A stretch of DNA of 64,000 bases from Ministeria vibrans ATCC 50519 (Eukaryota > Protista > Filasterea). The translations under genes and the position numbers were made by a program. The DNA lies in contig CALSCP010000945.1 of NCBI GenBank assembly GCA_943704425.1, positions 11,909 through 75,908 on the forward strand, given 5' to 3'. The number at the start of each line of letters is the position of its first letter. The stretch's first letter is position 1. Below the pieces are notes generated by a model, which saw nothing but the letters and a program-made list of their open reading frames with translations, was not told the origin of the DNA and did not search any database. This document shows, piece by piece, positions 1 to 12,059 of this stretch.

Positions 1-904
1 TCCCCACCTGCACTGACATTTGTCGTCCCGCTGCTCACCCGCGCATCTACCACCACCACCCGCTGTCGCATAGCCTCCAGTCGCCGCTTGTCCGTCCCCA
101 ACCGAAGCAAACCTCCTCGCTCATTCTGACGTTGTCTATCCCGCTCCTGCTCCCGCTCCCTCTCCTCCTTCTTCTCTCGCTTCACCCGCTTCTTCCTCTC
201 CTCCTCCCCTTCACTCTCTCCTTCCAGCATCTTCCGCTTGCGCCCCCTTCGCTCTACCTTCTTCCGTCGCTTTCCAAACTCCACCACAGGCCCCGCTACA
301 CCAACAGCATCGTCACCGTTGACAACACACAGTTCATCACTCGACCGTCGCAAATACGTCCCACCAGCACTTTCTCGCGCGCGCGAGCTCTGACGTCTTT
401 CGCGCTTGCTCACCCGTGACGACGACGAGCTCACCGCAAACATTCGCGTGGTGGTTGTCGTCGTGGTGGTCGTCGTGGTCGTCGTTGTCGTCATCAGAAG
501 TACTCCCTTCTTCTTCTTCTCCATCTTCGCCTCCTTCTTCTTTCGCTTAGCCTCTGCCGCCGCCTCTGCCCGCCTCTGTTTTTCCTCTTCACTCAGGCGC
601 GGCCGTCCCCTCCCTCTTTTCACCACAACCAATGGCATATCATCCAGATCGTCCTCTTCTTCTTCTTCTTCGTCTTCTGCTTCGTCTTCTGCTTCGTCTT
701 CTGCTTCGTCTTCTGCTTCGTCTTCTTCCTCCTCTTCGTCTTCATCCTCGTCTACAAGTCCACCCAGCAGCAACGCCGCAACGGGCGATGGCACACGCGA
801 CACGGGAGTCGATAGCGAGTCCCCTGCCGCGTACCGTCGTGGTCGTCGAAACGAATACGACTCTTCGCCGTCGTCTACGTTGTTGTTGTCGTCGTCATCA
901 TCAA

Positions 905-958
<54 letters not shown>

Positions 959-1802
959 TATCGTCATCATTATCATCATCTTCTTTTCCTTCCCCATCCT
1001 CACCTTCATCATTGTCTTCCGCGCCACTTTCGCTCTCATTTACTCCCCTCCGTCTCGTCTGCTTCTTCTTTTTCTTCTTGCCCCTATGGGCCTTTGCATA
1101 GGCACCCTCTCCACGCTCCTCACACGACCGACACAGACACGCCTCATTCTTGGGTCCAAAAAACGACGAGCCATAGTAGCAAGTGATCTCATCGCCAGGC
1201 GCCAAATCGCGCACGGCCACCACCACAGCAGAGGTGCGGCCGGTCGACACAAACTTACACGACGGTCGGCAGTCGTGGTTCAGGTAGGCAGCGGGTCCCA
1301 GCCACAGCTGCGCACAGTCCTTGCGTACGCTGTACATCACACTATACCAAAGAAAAGAGACATATTTTCAGACGACGCTGCAACTGTCTGTCTGTCTGTC
1401 TGTCTGTCTCCCTTTCCACTCACCTAAAGTCATTCTTGCCCGGCACAAGTGCCAGACTCTCTTCGTCGCGTGGAATCTCCGCAATAGTGCCCACAAGCTT
1501 GGCAACCTTCTCTCCACGACTCCATGCTCGAGTTGTCACAACCTATGGTACAAGGAAAGAGAGAGAAAGAGGGAGAGAGAGAGACAGAGAGAGAAACAAA
1601 GTGATAGACATTCAATTGGCAAATCCATCATAGTATATCAATCGCAACTCACTTGAGCTTCGTTGCGCTCGCTCGTCGAGTACCGCTCACTTCGACAGAT
1701 CGCAATACCAGAGTCCCGCGAAAACACGTCAAGGTACCGCATCATGTGTGCCTTGAGCTGATCAGGACATTTCTAGACGCAACACAACGATTTAAAAAAA
1801 TT

Positions 1803-1836
<34 letters not shown>

Positions 1837-2235
1837 ACACACGATGAACGGACAAATGTGGGCTCCCTGGTGCAATGGGTGTCGCGAGTGGACACGATGG
1901 AGGCGTAGGGCGGACATGTGGCGGGCTTGGACGGCGTACCTTGTACAGCAACTGGAGATATTCGCAACTTCGGAGGATTTGCGCAAAAGCTTGTGCGACG
2001 GAAATGCTTCCCGATTGCAGACGTCTGACGGCACTACGCACCACGTTGTCGCGCACCGACCTTGGCCGTCGATAGTGGACCGCCATCTTGTGCGTCGTAA
2101 ACCGCAACACCGTGTCCAGAATGCAACCTGAGAGCGAATGGTGAGCGGCCCAAGATCCCCTTCGTGTTTTCGTTTCGCTGTACCTGTCCCAGCATCATCG
2201 CAATCCGACAACTCTCTCCACGTGTATTCCACCAT
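1..2235 (-). CDS. SUV4-20: SUV4-20/Set9-type histone H4K20 methyltransferase, multi-exon, 3' end beyond window start
   Basis: Spliced minus-strand exons read [17 protein letters not shown] / [13 protein letters not shown] / [16 protein letters not shown] / [15 protein letters not shown] / [61 protein letters not shown], the SUV420 SET and post-SET signature. This is followed by a poly-Asp/Glu tail with KRGRGRPR. Confidence 0.93.
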
Positions 2236-2392
2236 TACCCGTCTTCAATACTCAAGACTGTCGCCTCGCTGTGAAGACAAAAGAACGAATTGGCATTTGG
2301 CAACCGGCAACGCGGAAGGATCAGGTTTGTTTTTTGTCTACGAGTAGGTAATGACTAATCTGACTAATGATAAAATTCATTTTTTTTTCTTC

Positions 2393-3896
2393 ATGTCGGA
2401 CGACGACGACGACGACGACGCGTATGCGTTCTTGGGTGCCATTGATGTTGATGCGTTGGCTGCGGGAACGCTAGCAGAGATCGAGAAAAAAGCAGAGGTC
2501 AGACGTGAATCGTGCGCGTTTGCAGCCGCAGACGCAACGTTCACCTCGGCATCGTCCCTCATGCCCAATCGGCTCTCTTGCAACAAACAACATGCCTCGT
2601 CCACGAGCGCTGCCGCGCCGATGTCTTCTTCAGCGAGCAATCCCATCGAAAAGTCAACACCTGCAATTCGTTCTGCCGTCGACACCCGTACCGCCTCGTC
2701 TGGGTTCTTTGCGAAACGCACGCCCGCCACGACAGCACCATCTGCATCATCATCATTATTATCATCATCAGTGACACCTTCATCCTTATCACGTGCACCA
2801 GCGGTCGCAGTACCCGCAGCGGCAGCATCGGCCACCGCCACCACCGCTCCCTTTATTCCTGCCTCGTCGACTGCATCGCCCTTTCCATCAGTGCCACGTC
2901 GCGAATTTAGCACGGTAGTCCATCACGACAACACATCGACACCTACGTTTGACCGCGAAGCGGGTGCCACCTGGGTGTATCCCACCAACTTCCCAGTGCG
3001 CGACTACCAACGAAACATTGTCCAGGCGGCACTCCTCAACAACGTCTTTGTGTGTCTCCCCACTGGTCTCGGTAAAACTTTCATTGCCGCCGTCGTCATG
3101 TACAACTACTACCGTTGGTTCCCCACCGGCAAAGTTATCTTCATGGCTCCCACAAAACCTCTGGTCACACAACAAATCGAGGCTTGCTACAACATCACTG
3201 GCATCTCCCAAGAAGACGTACAACAAATTATTAATATAATATTATTGTTATTACTATTACTATTATTCTAATATTGTTTTTTCATTATTTCTTCCCTTTG
3301 GTTTTGCTATGTGTGTTTTGTATTTTGTATCAATTTTTTACAACATAAAATAATTCGATTTGTAGTCTGTTGTGCTCACTGGTGCCAAGGCGCAGCCCGC
3401 AGAACGTCCTCGATTGTGGCGCGAGAAGCGCGTCTTCTACATCACACCACAAGTATGCAATATGATTCCAAACCAAACTTTGAATTGCTTGTTTGTAGGT
3501 CATCCAAAATGACCTCCACGCCGACAAGTGCCCTGCCTCGGATATTGTTTTGCTGGTGATTGACGAGGCTCATCGTGCCGTGGGCCAGGCCGCCTATTGT
3601 CAGGTTGTGCAAGCACTTCAGCGTCGCAACCCACGCTTTCGTGTGCTCTGCCTTTCGGCTACGCCAGGCGACGACGCCAGCACCATCCAGTCGGTCATTA
3701 CCAACACTCTCACTTCACGCATCGAATTGCGCACCGAACAATCGCTGGACATTCGCGAATACATTCACCGTCGCCGCGTCGACGTCATTCCTATTGCACC
3801 CGACGATCCACTCCGTCACGCAACCGCTCTTCTTTCCGACTTTCTCCGAACGGTACCAAACAAATCAAAAGCATACATTATTATTATTATTAATAA

Positions 3897-3929
<33 letters not shown>

Positions 3930-4036
3930 CATTATTATTATTATTACTATTGTTATCATTATTATTATTATTATTAATATTATTATTATTATCAGTATTA
4001 TTATCAGTATTATTATCATTATTATTACCTTTTTTC

Positions 4037-4116
<80 letters not shown>

Positions 4117-7062
4117 TATTATTATTAATCATCTTTTTTTAGACTCTTCAATCCCTATGCAACGTGGGTGCCGTGTTTAGCAGCGACCCCGAGAGCGCCT
4201 CGGCCTTTGGCATGGTCGAAGCGTCGCGTCGAATCCGCCAGCGACCTCCACCACAGCTTGCTGGCAAGGCTCAGGCAATTGGCGCATGCATTGCGCAGCT
4301 GGGTATGGCCGGATCATTTGGTCATGCACTCGAGCTGCTGCAGTTCTACGGCTCGGGCGCATGTCTCCGCTACCTGTCCTGCATCGGCGCCGGCACCAAG
4401 GGCGGTCACATGGCCAAGGCGGAACTCCGCTCCAATGCCAAACTTGTCGAGCTCATGCGCGTGCTTCAAGACATGAGCCGTGCCAATGCTCGTGCACCCA
4501 TCTGCAAAGGCAATCCCAAGCTTGCGCGTCTCTCGTCGCTTCTTGACGAACACTTCACGCGTCACGGTGACAACACTCGCGTCATGATATTCTCCAACTT
4601 TCGTGACTCTGTCGGCGACATTGTCCACCTGCTTGGCATGCTGCGTCCCAAGGTGAAGCCCGTCGCGTTTGTTGGTCAGAGCAGTAGCGCCAGCTCAAGT
4701 GGTCCCAAACAGTCCAAGAAGGGCAAGAACAAGGGCGACAAGGGCGCGGACACAGACACCCCTCTGGTCACGACTGGCGAAAACGACGTGGACGACGGTG
4801 CGGTCAACGACAACGACAACGGCGACGTGGCTCTGGCGCCTGTCACTGCGCTATCGCAACGTCAGCAGGTGGCCGTCATCAAGGACTTCAAAGAAGGCAT
4901 CTACAACACTATTGTGGCGACGTGCGTCGGCGAAGAGGGCCTCGACATTGGCGAGGTCGATCTCATTGTGTGTTTTGACGCCAACGGCTCGGCAACTCGT
5001 CTCATTCAGCGCATGGGACGCACCGGTCGCAAACGTGATGGTCGCATTGTCATGTTGCTCAGCAAGGGTCGGGAAGAGGCCGTCTACCAGCGATCCCAGT
5101 CAAAGTGCCGTTCCATCAACAATGTTGTGGCCAAGGCCAAGAGTTCCCTCAAATTTTACGATGCCACGCCTCGCATGGTGCCCGACGACATCAAGCCCGT
5201 CATTGACTTTGTCAAAATCGACGTGGGTCTGTTCCAGACCTCGCCCAGTCCACGCACGAAACGCGCCCAGAAAAAGGCTTCGGCTGCCGAAGCCAAGGCG
5301 GCCGCGCGCGACGCTAAAGCCTCGGCCAAACTGGCCGCATCCTCCTCCTCCTCCACTGTCACTACGGCGGCAACCAACTCGCTCCTGACCATGGCACAAC
5401 AGCAAAAGTACGATCAGTGCTACCGTGATGTACCGCGCACCAATGTGTACGCGTCGCTCGAGTCCGGTCGTTGGTCCAAGCTCTTTGCCATTCCCTCGTC
5501 CGTTCACTTTGTCGAGCACTCCAACGACTCCGTTGCACTCATGACCGTTGCCAGCGACTGCGTTCAGCTTTCCAATTGTGACACCCTCGACGACGTGTCG
5601 CTCATTCTCTTTGACTATGACATTGATCAGGCTCGACGTGACGTCTCCATCGTACCCGCCGTCAAACCTCGGCAAAAGGAGGCCGCCAACCGCGACAACA
5701 ATGGTGGCGCACCCATCGACCTGACTGAGACGTCGCCCGTAACAACGAAAAAGCCCTTTGGATTGCACATCGACTCATCCGACGACGACGATGACGAGGA
5801 GGAGGAGGAGGAGGAGGTGGGGGACTTCTTTCAACGTGATGATGGTGATGAGCGCAGCGACAACGATGACACCGATTTGCTCAAGAGTGCCTTTAACACG
5901 CTGACGACAACGACAACGACAACGACGGTCGCAGCAAAAACACTCCCAGTGCGTCGGCGAGTGGATTTCTCCTTGGACATTGACACTACGTTGTCGCCCA
6001 AGCCCACACACCCCTTGAAACTTTTCGTCGCTGCCAACAACAACAAAGCCGATAACGACAACCTTTATGATGACTCTGACGACTTTGAACCTGTACAATC
6101 CCAACCTGTTCTCAACGACACTGGCCTCACCACCACCACCACCACCGCCATCACAACATCAACTACAAATACGACACGCACTTCGTGCTCATTGTCATCA
6201 CGCATGCCTTCACTGTCGCCATCGCCCTGGGACGACGCTCCCTGCATCAACGAACCCCATGCGGGACTTGTTCCCTCACCGCCCCGACTTCCACAGTCTG
6301 CCTGGCTCGATGACCACACCTCTTCCTCGCAGGTCCCCACAGACGCTCAGCTCTCAACGACAATCACCGTGCCTCCAGCTCCCATCATCACCGCCAATTC
6401 ACCCCCCGCGTCCCTTGAGAGCAATCTCCTCTTGCAAGACGCCGTCGAGGACGACGCCCTTCTAAATCTCGACTTGGACAACCTCGTGTCTCCCGTGCCC
6501 AACCTCGACGCAACGATTGCACCGCCTCCCATCTCAACACAGCCTTTTGTTGCTGCACCTACCACGCCGTCGCCTTTCAAGAAACGCTCGCTCTCTCTCA
6601 AGCGGCGCTCCTCTTCTGCCTCCTCCACAACCTCGTCGCCTGTCGCAGTCAAAGCGACACTTGCGTCCGCTGTCGACGACTCCAAGCATCATTTCACAGT
6701 CGATCCTCACACGCTTACATTGCCTTCACCACCTGCCCCCCATATGCATGCCTCCTTCTCACCGGCGACTCCCTCGCCTGGGCCCGCCGTGCGTGGCCAT
6801 CGTCGTCGCGTAGTCATTGATTCCTCCGTCGAGAGTTGTGCGTCAGCCAAGAGCCTGTTGGCGCTCCACCACAACAATAACGAGGTGCCCGATGAAGAGG
6901 ACGACGACCAGCAGACGCCGACACCCGTCGTGATGCGCAAACGCTCACGCCGCACTGTTGTCGTGTCCTCTTCCGAAGAACCTGCAACACCCACCAGTGT
7001 GAGAGGCCCACCGTCCAAGAGACGCGCCACTGAAGCCGCGACAGCAACAACAACAACAACAA

Positions 7063-7119
<57 letters not shown>

Positions 7120-8885
7120 GTGCTGGTGCTGGTGGTTCTCCCGTTCGTACCAAGACGATGGCTGATTTGGTCGAAGATGATGACGACGACGATTTCGAAA
7201 GCGCGCCGCCGCCTCTTCGATCTGTTCCCCTGTTGTCGACGCGCGTCGAGGCGTCGTCTTCGCCTGCATCACCTGTTGCGGTCACGCGTGTGACCAAGCG
7301 AAAGAAACGACGCTTACGCAATGCCTTTCTTGACGAAGAGGCTAGCGAGGTGGATGAGGAGGATGAAATTGAGCTAACTGGTGGGGAAAGCAGCGTTAAT
7401 GACGATGATGGTCCGAAGAAGAAAAAGGCCCGTCGTTCACGTCGTGTTAAGGATGCGGATGATGATGATGAGGAGGAGGAGGAGGAAGAGGACGATGCAT
7501 ATGAGAGTTCGTTTGTCGATGATCAGAGTGGCGTGTCGTCGTCGGCCAAGACGGACCGTTCAGCGGTGGACATGCCGGCGCTGTACCAACGGTCGCTCCT
7601 GTTGGACGACTTGCCCTTTCGCAAGGGGGTCAGCATGGCCCCCCAACGACGTTCAGCTGGGGCAGGAGTGCGTCGTCGTGTGGCTGTGGTGGATGATTCG
7701 GATGACGATCTGGAAGGCGACGATGGCGATGACGATGAGTATGAGTGCGGGAGCTTTGTGGTCGACGATGAGGAGGAGGAAGACGATGGAGAGGAGGTAG
7801 AGGATGAGGATGGTGGTGGCACTGATAATGGAGAGGATGATGCGAATGAGGATGGAGATGATATTGAAGCGATTGTTCAAGCTGCTCTTTTGGCGAGCGA
7901 TCATGTGCCTTCCAAAAAGAATGACAGCGTGACAAATCATGTGAAGAAGAAACGTCCCTTTCAACTCGTACTCGATGATGATGATGACGACGACGACGAT
8001 GACGATGACGATGGTGATGATGTTGCTGTGGAGGTTATTGAGCAGGTCGAGAGCACTCTTCTAGTGGGATCGTCGTCGCCAAAGCGACACAAGGCGACTT
8101 TGCCGCTCTCACCTTCTTCCCATGGACCACGGCAGACGGTGGTAGCCGTGGCGCCCGTTGGGAGTCTTACGGTTGTGGTGGATACGCGTGAGCCGGCACG
8201 CGGCAAAGTTGGCTCGTTGTTGCGTGTGCGTGCCGACGTTACGGCGGTGTCGTACTCGTTGCCGTCGGCCGTTGATTTCGCAGTGAGTGCTCGTATGGCG
8301 GTGAAACGTGCGAGTCAAGAGGAGCTGGCAATGTGCGGCGCAGGGAAGCTCCTTGAGTCCCTGGCGCCGGTGCAAGCAGTCTTTGACACGGTTTGGATCA
8401 TTCTGGAGGCACCTTTGTCACCAGCGCTCACAGGTGGCGCGGCGCGCAAGAAACAAGGACCAGCCTTTGCGGGTGCGGCGGGTGTGACAAGCGATGAGAC
8501 CCCCGCACGCCAGACGCAGGCCATTGCGGCACTGCGTCAGCGCGGCTTTCGTCTCCTTTTCAGCGCATCTCCGGAAAAGTCTGCGCTTTTGGTGTACACC
8601 CTTGGTGATGCTGAACGCTCAAACGGCCGTCAACTATCGGCGGCCGCCCTCACTGTTCTTGAGCGTGCCTCTTCCGCCCCCTCGCCTCTTTTTCTTGCCC
8701 TTTTACCCACGCCTGGCGTCAACGCACTGAGCGCAGCCATTGTCGCCTCGTCCTTTGACTCCATGGGCGCTCTTACATCTGCTGTGTCCGCCGATGCGAT
8801 CCGCACTCGCTGCGGCGTCTCCCTCTCGCGTCGCGCCGCCTCCCATGTGTATTCCTTTGTGCACCATGGAGTTGTACAACAATAA
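2393..8885 (+). CDS. FANCM: Fanconi anemia group M helicase/translocase with C-terminal ERCC4-like domain
   Basis: WVYPTNFPVRDYQ, LPTGLGKTFIAAVVMYNYYRWFP, VIDEAH, LSATPG, RVMIFSNFRDS, ATCVGEEGLDIGEVDLIVCFD, IQRMGRTGRKRDG; FLDEEA..DMPALYQRSL motif; VVVDTRE C-terminal domain; GT-AG introns in 3218-4142. Confidence 0.95.
3878..4126. repeat. (TTA/ATT)n microsatellite in a FANCM intron
   Basis: About 250 bp of near-perfect ATT triplets. Confidence 0.95.
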
Positions 8886-9009
8886 AGAACGTGTAGACTG
8901 ACTGTAGTAAATATTGTCTTTTGAGTTCATAAACTTCATATTGTTCAGATTGTTATTCTCCTTTCTTTTATTCAGATTATTGTTCTCGTTGAGACTAAAA
9001 CGTCACTGC

Positions 9010-11961
9010 ATGGCGCATGGACGACGACGCACAGTCGTCATCGCCGCGGCGTTGCTCATAGCAACTGCCTTAATGATGTTTGGGGGTTACTCGGCACGCT
9101 GGGCAGTCCGCTCGCGCCCATTCTCCCCCACCATTCGCAAGGGTCCTTTGCAAACGTGTACACAGACAACAGTTGGGTCGAGTGAATTCTCGTGTGCCTG
9201 GGAGCTGCCTCACGCAAGTGACGACTCTGCATTGTTTACCGTCTCCATCCTATTTCTGCTCGGTCTCTTCAATACGTGCCTTCTCTTTGTCAGGTATGCC
9301 TTGTCCATAGGAAAACGTCTCATGCTACGCTCGAATCGTGTTTTTCTATTGTCAGTTTTGGGCATTGAGTGATTTGCAGAAGTGTTTTACACACACACAC
9401 AGTTTTTTGGTATTTGCTTACGTAATGATTTGTTTTTTTTCCTTCATCACACCTTGTGAATGGCACCATTTACCCTGCCATGGGTGTGCAGCTTTCTTGT
9501 ATGGGTTTTTCATGGGTTGTGTCGAGCTCGCCGGCCGCTGTGGCTGTTTGGATGGGCGGCGGGGACAGCGCTAGTGCTGGTGGCTGCGCTCTTTGTGTAC
9601 CCTGTGTCGTTTGCGACGCTCACGGGCACGGACGGACGCATGGGCGCGCCCTACAGCCTGCCCTTGTCCTGGGCATTGTCGTATGGACTCGCCGTGGCCG
9701 CCATTGGCGTTGCTCTTGTCGTCTTTGTGGCGGCACTGCTGTTCCGTCTGCCTCCGCCAGGGCACGTGCGCAGTGCGGCCGACCGCTACACGGAGCGCCT
9801 CGAGTCGCGGCGGGAACTTCCGTTCGCCGACGACATTGACGATAGCCTTGTGGACACCGTTTTGAGCCTGCCGGATCGCTCGCTGCCGCTGGCCATTGCG
9901 GAACATGGCCAACAGGACGAGTCGCCGCCCATGCGCCCCACCAAACAGACCAAAGCCAAAACAAAGGCTGGGCGGATGCTCTCCGACCAGGCTAATCTGG
10001 CGCTGATGGCGGCAACAGGCGTCGTCAATGGCGACACTGTAGACCCTTTGACAGGCGTTGGACGTGTGCTCGGGGCTGCCGACAGTGCAATCGGATCCAA
10101 CCAGGAACACGACTACGACAAGGTCATCGACGACCACGTCGACGTCGAACGCCGGAAGGTCCGATCGTCCACATCACCGGCTCTGTCGCCCATGTCGGAG
10201 GCGCGTCGTCGTCGTCAACTGTGGCAGAGTGTGGTTGACACAGATATTGATGGAAAAAGAGGACGAGGTGCGCAGGAGACGGGGGCGGATGTGGACGCCA
10301 CAATGCAGGCGGTGCTCAGTGACATCTACCACATTCCGGCGGACGTCGTGTACGATACGCTTGAGCTGAGTAGTCACCAACTCATAGAAATGCAACGCAA
10401 AGAGGTGAGTCGCTCGGGACGCGAGGCGACATGTCGACGGCTCTCCGCGCGCGGCATTGATCCGCCACTCAGTCCCGAGCCGATTTATCTTGAGCCAGAC
10501 TTGACGCCAACCTCATCGCTTGCTGCCGGTGCGACGTCGGCGCCGTCGTCCTCGCGCGCGAAGGCGAAGGCGGGGCCTCGCCACAGCATGCCCGAGTGCA
10601 TCCCGATGGAGTCTCTGGCGCACCGACAGCAGATGATCATGACGACAGCGCACCTGCGTGGCAAAGCACGCCATTCCCTCGCCGGTAACTTTCTCCAGCG
10701 CACCACACCCAGTGCCCCGTCGTTTGGATCCGCCAACAACATTAGCGGCAGCAGCAACAGCAGTGGCCCTGGCGTTAGCTACGGCAACGCCACGTCGACA
10801 CAGCGTGTCACGCCCCCCGAGCCCATCTACGCCACCATCGATCCGTTTCAGCATGCGCAGGAGCAGCCCCGACGAGCCAGCGACAGCAGACCTGGCGCTC
10901 TCCTTGCCGACCAGACCGCCTATCTGGCCAAGCAGGCGGCTCGCACGCGCCCCGACAGCTATGCGGCAGCTCAGCGCCAGCCTATTGTGCTCAACGATGA
11001 CGACACCGAAGACGACGATGCCCCGCCAGGCCCATACGGCCATGTCCGTATTCTCGGTGCATTTGTCAGCGAGTTTGAGCACGACTCGTACATCTTCGCC
11101 CCAACACCGAGTACACTGACTAGTGCACTCTCTCACCATGTGCACCAACACCCTGACCATCATCCTTCTGCTCCTGCTCTGCCCCCTTCAAACTCAAATG
11201 CGAGTTTCCACCGTCGTCGCAGCAGTGGCGGCAGTGTCAGTGGTCATGGGGCGATTGTGGTCACACACTCACGTCCAGCTGACGATCACAACCCTCGTCG
11301 TCGATCCCGTCTCCACCACAGCAGCGATAGCGCTTCCTTTGCTGCTGCTACCACTAGTACCGGTGCCGGTACGCCATCTTGCATGTCAATGATGTCCGCA
11401 GCAGCAGTCTCGTCGCCCTATCACTCCGAATCCAACAGCAGCGCGTCAGGAGAGAGGACTAGGCCGCCCGTCGCGGCACCGGCTATCACCACTCCACCCG
11501 ACTCGCCCTACGCCTCTATTGATCGCACACCAAAACAGGCACGACGGCGTCTTTCTCGCGATCTTGCTCTCGAAGCGGCACCCCCACCCGGCGAGGACCA
11601 CGTCTACGGCGAGGAGACGCTGGCGCGTCAAGAGGCACGGCGCATGCGCTATGAGCAGCCCCAGCCACAGGCACACGCGCCCATCCAGCGACGTCCCAGC
11701 AGTGCACTGTCGTCACGCTCTTCACTAGGTCCCAATGTTCCGTTACTACAATGGCCCTTCAGATCGCAGTCGACAGACGGCGCCGAGCCCACAGCACGTC
11801 CCTCAAGCAGTGGCAGTGCGCGAGACGACACTGTGTCTGTGGCGTCCGTCGTCACCGACCTCTCCAGTCCTCCTGCCTCTCCAGTCGCCACCCCCATACA
11901 ATATTCTCGTGCTGGCTCTCGCATCGCGCGCATTCCATCCCACGTACAAGAGGAGTTCTAA
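9010..11961 (+). CDS. Four-TM claudin/PMP22-superfamily (TMEM47/PERP-like) protein with ~720-aa disordered tail rich in Tyr motifs
   Basis: Exon 1 9010-9293; phase-compatible intron 9294-9491. TM1 VVIAAALLIATALMMFGG; loop RW..KGPLQTC-x11-C; TM2 LFTVSILF..FVSFLVWVF; TM3 ending VYPVSF; WALSYGLA preceding TM4. Confidence 0.65.
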
Positions 11962-12059
11962 ATTATTATTGTTATTATTATTATTCTTATTATTATTCAA
12001 AGAGGAATCTCGCTGTAAAATTAAAAATGAGTATTCAGCATATTTTACGCAATCACCCG

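Noticed and set aside
132-1186. Plus-strand poly-Ser/His/Leu ORFs
   Set aside because: Antisense shadows of the acidic, low-complexity SUV4-20 tail.
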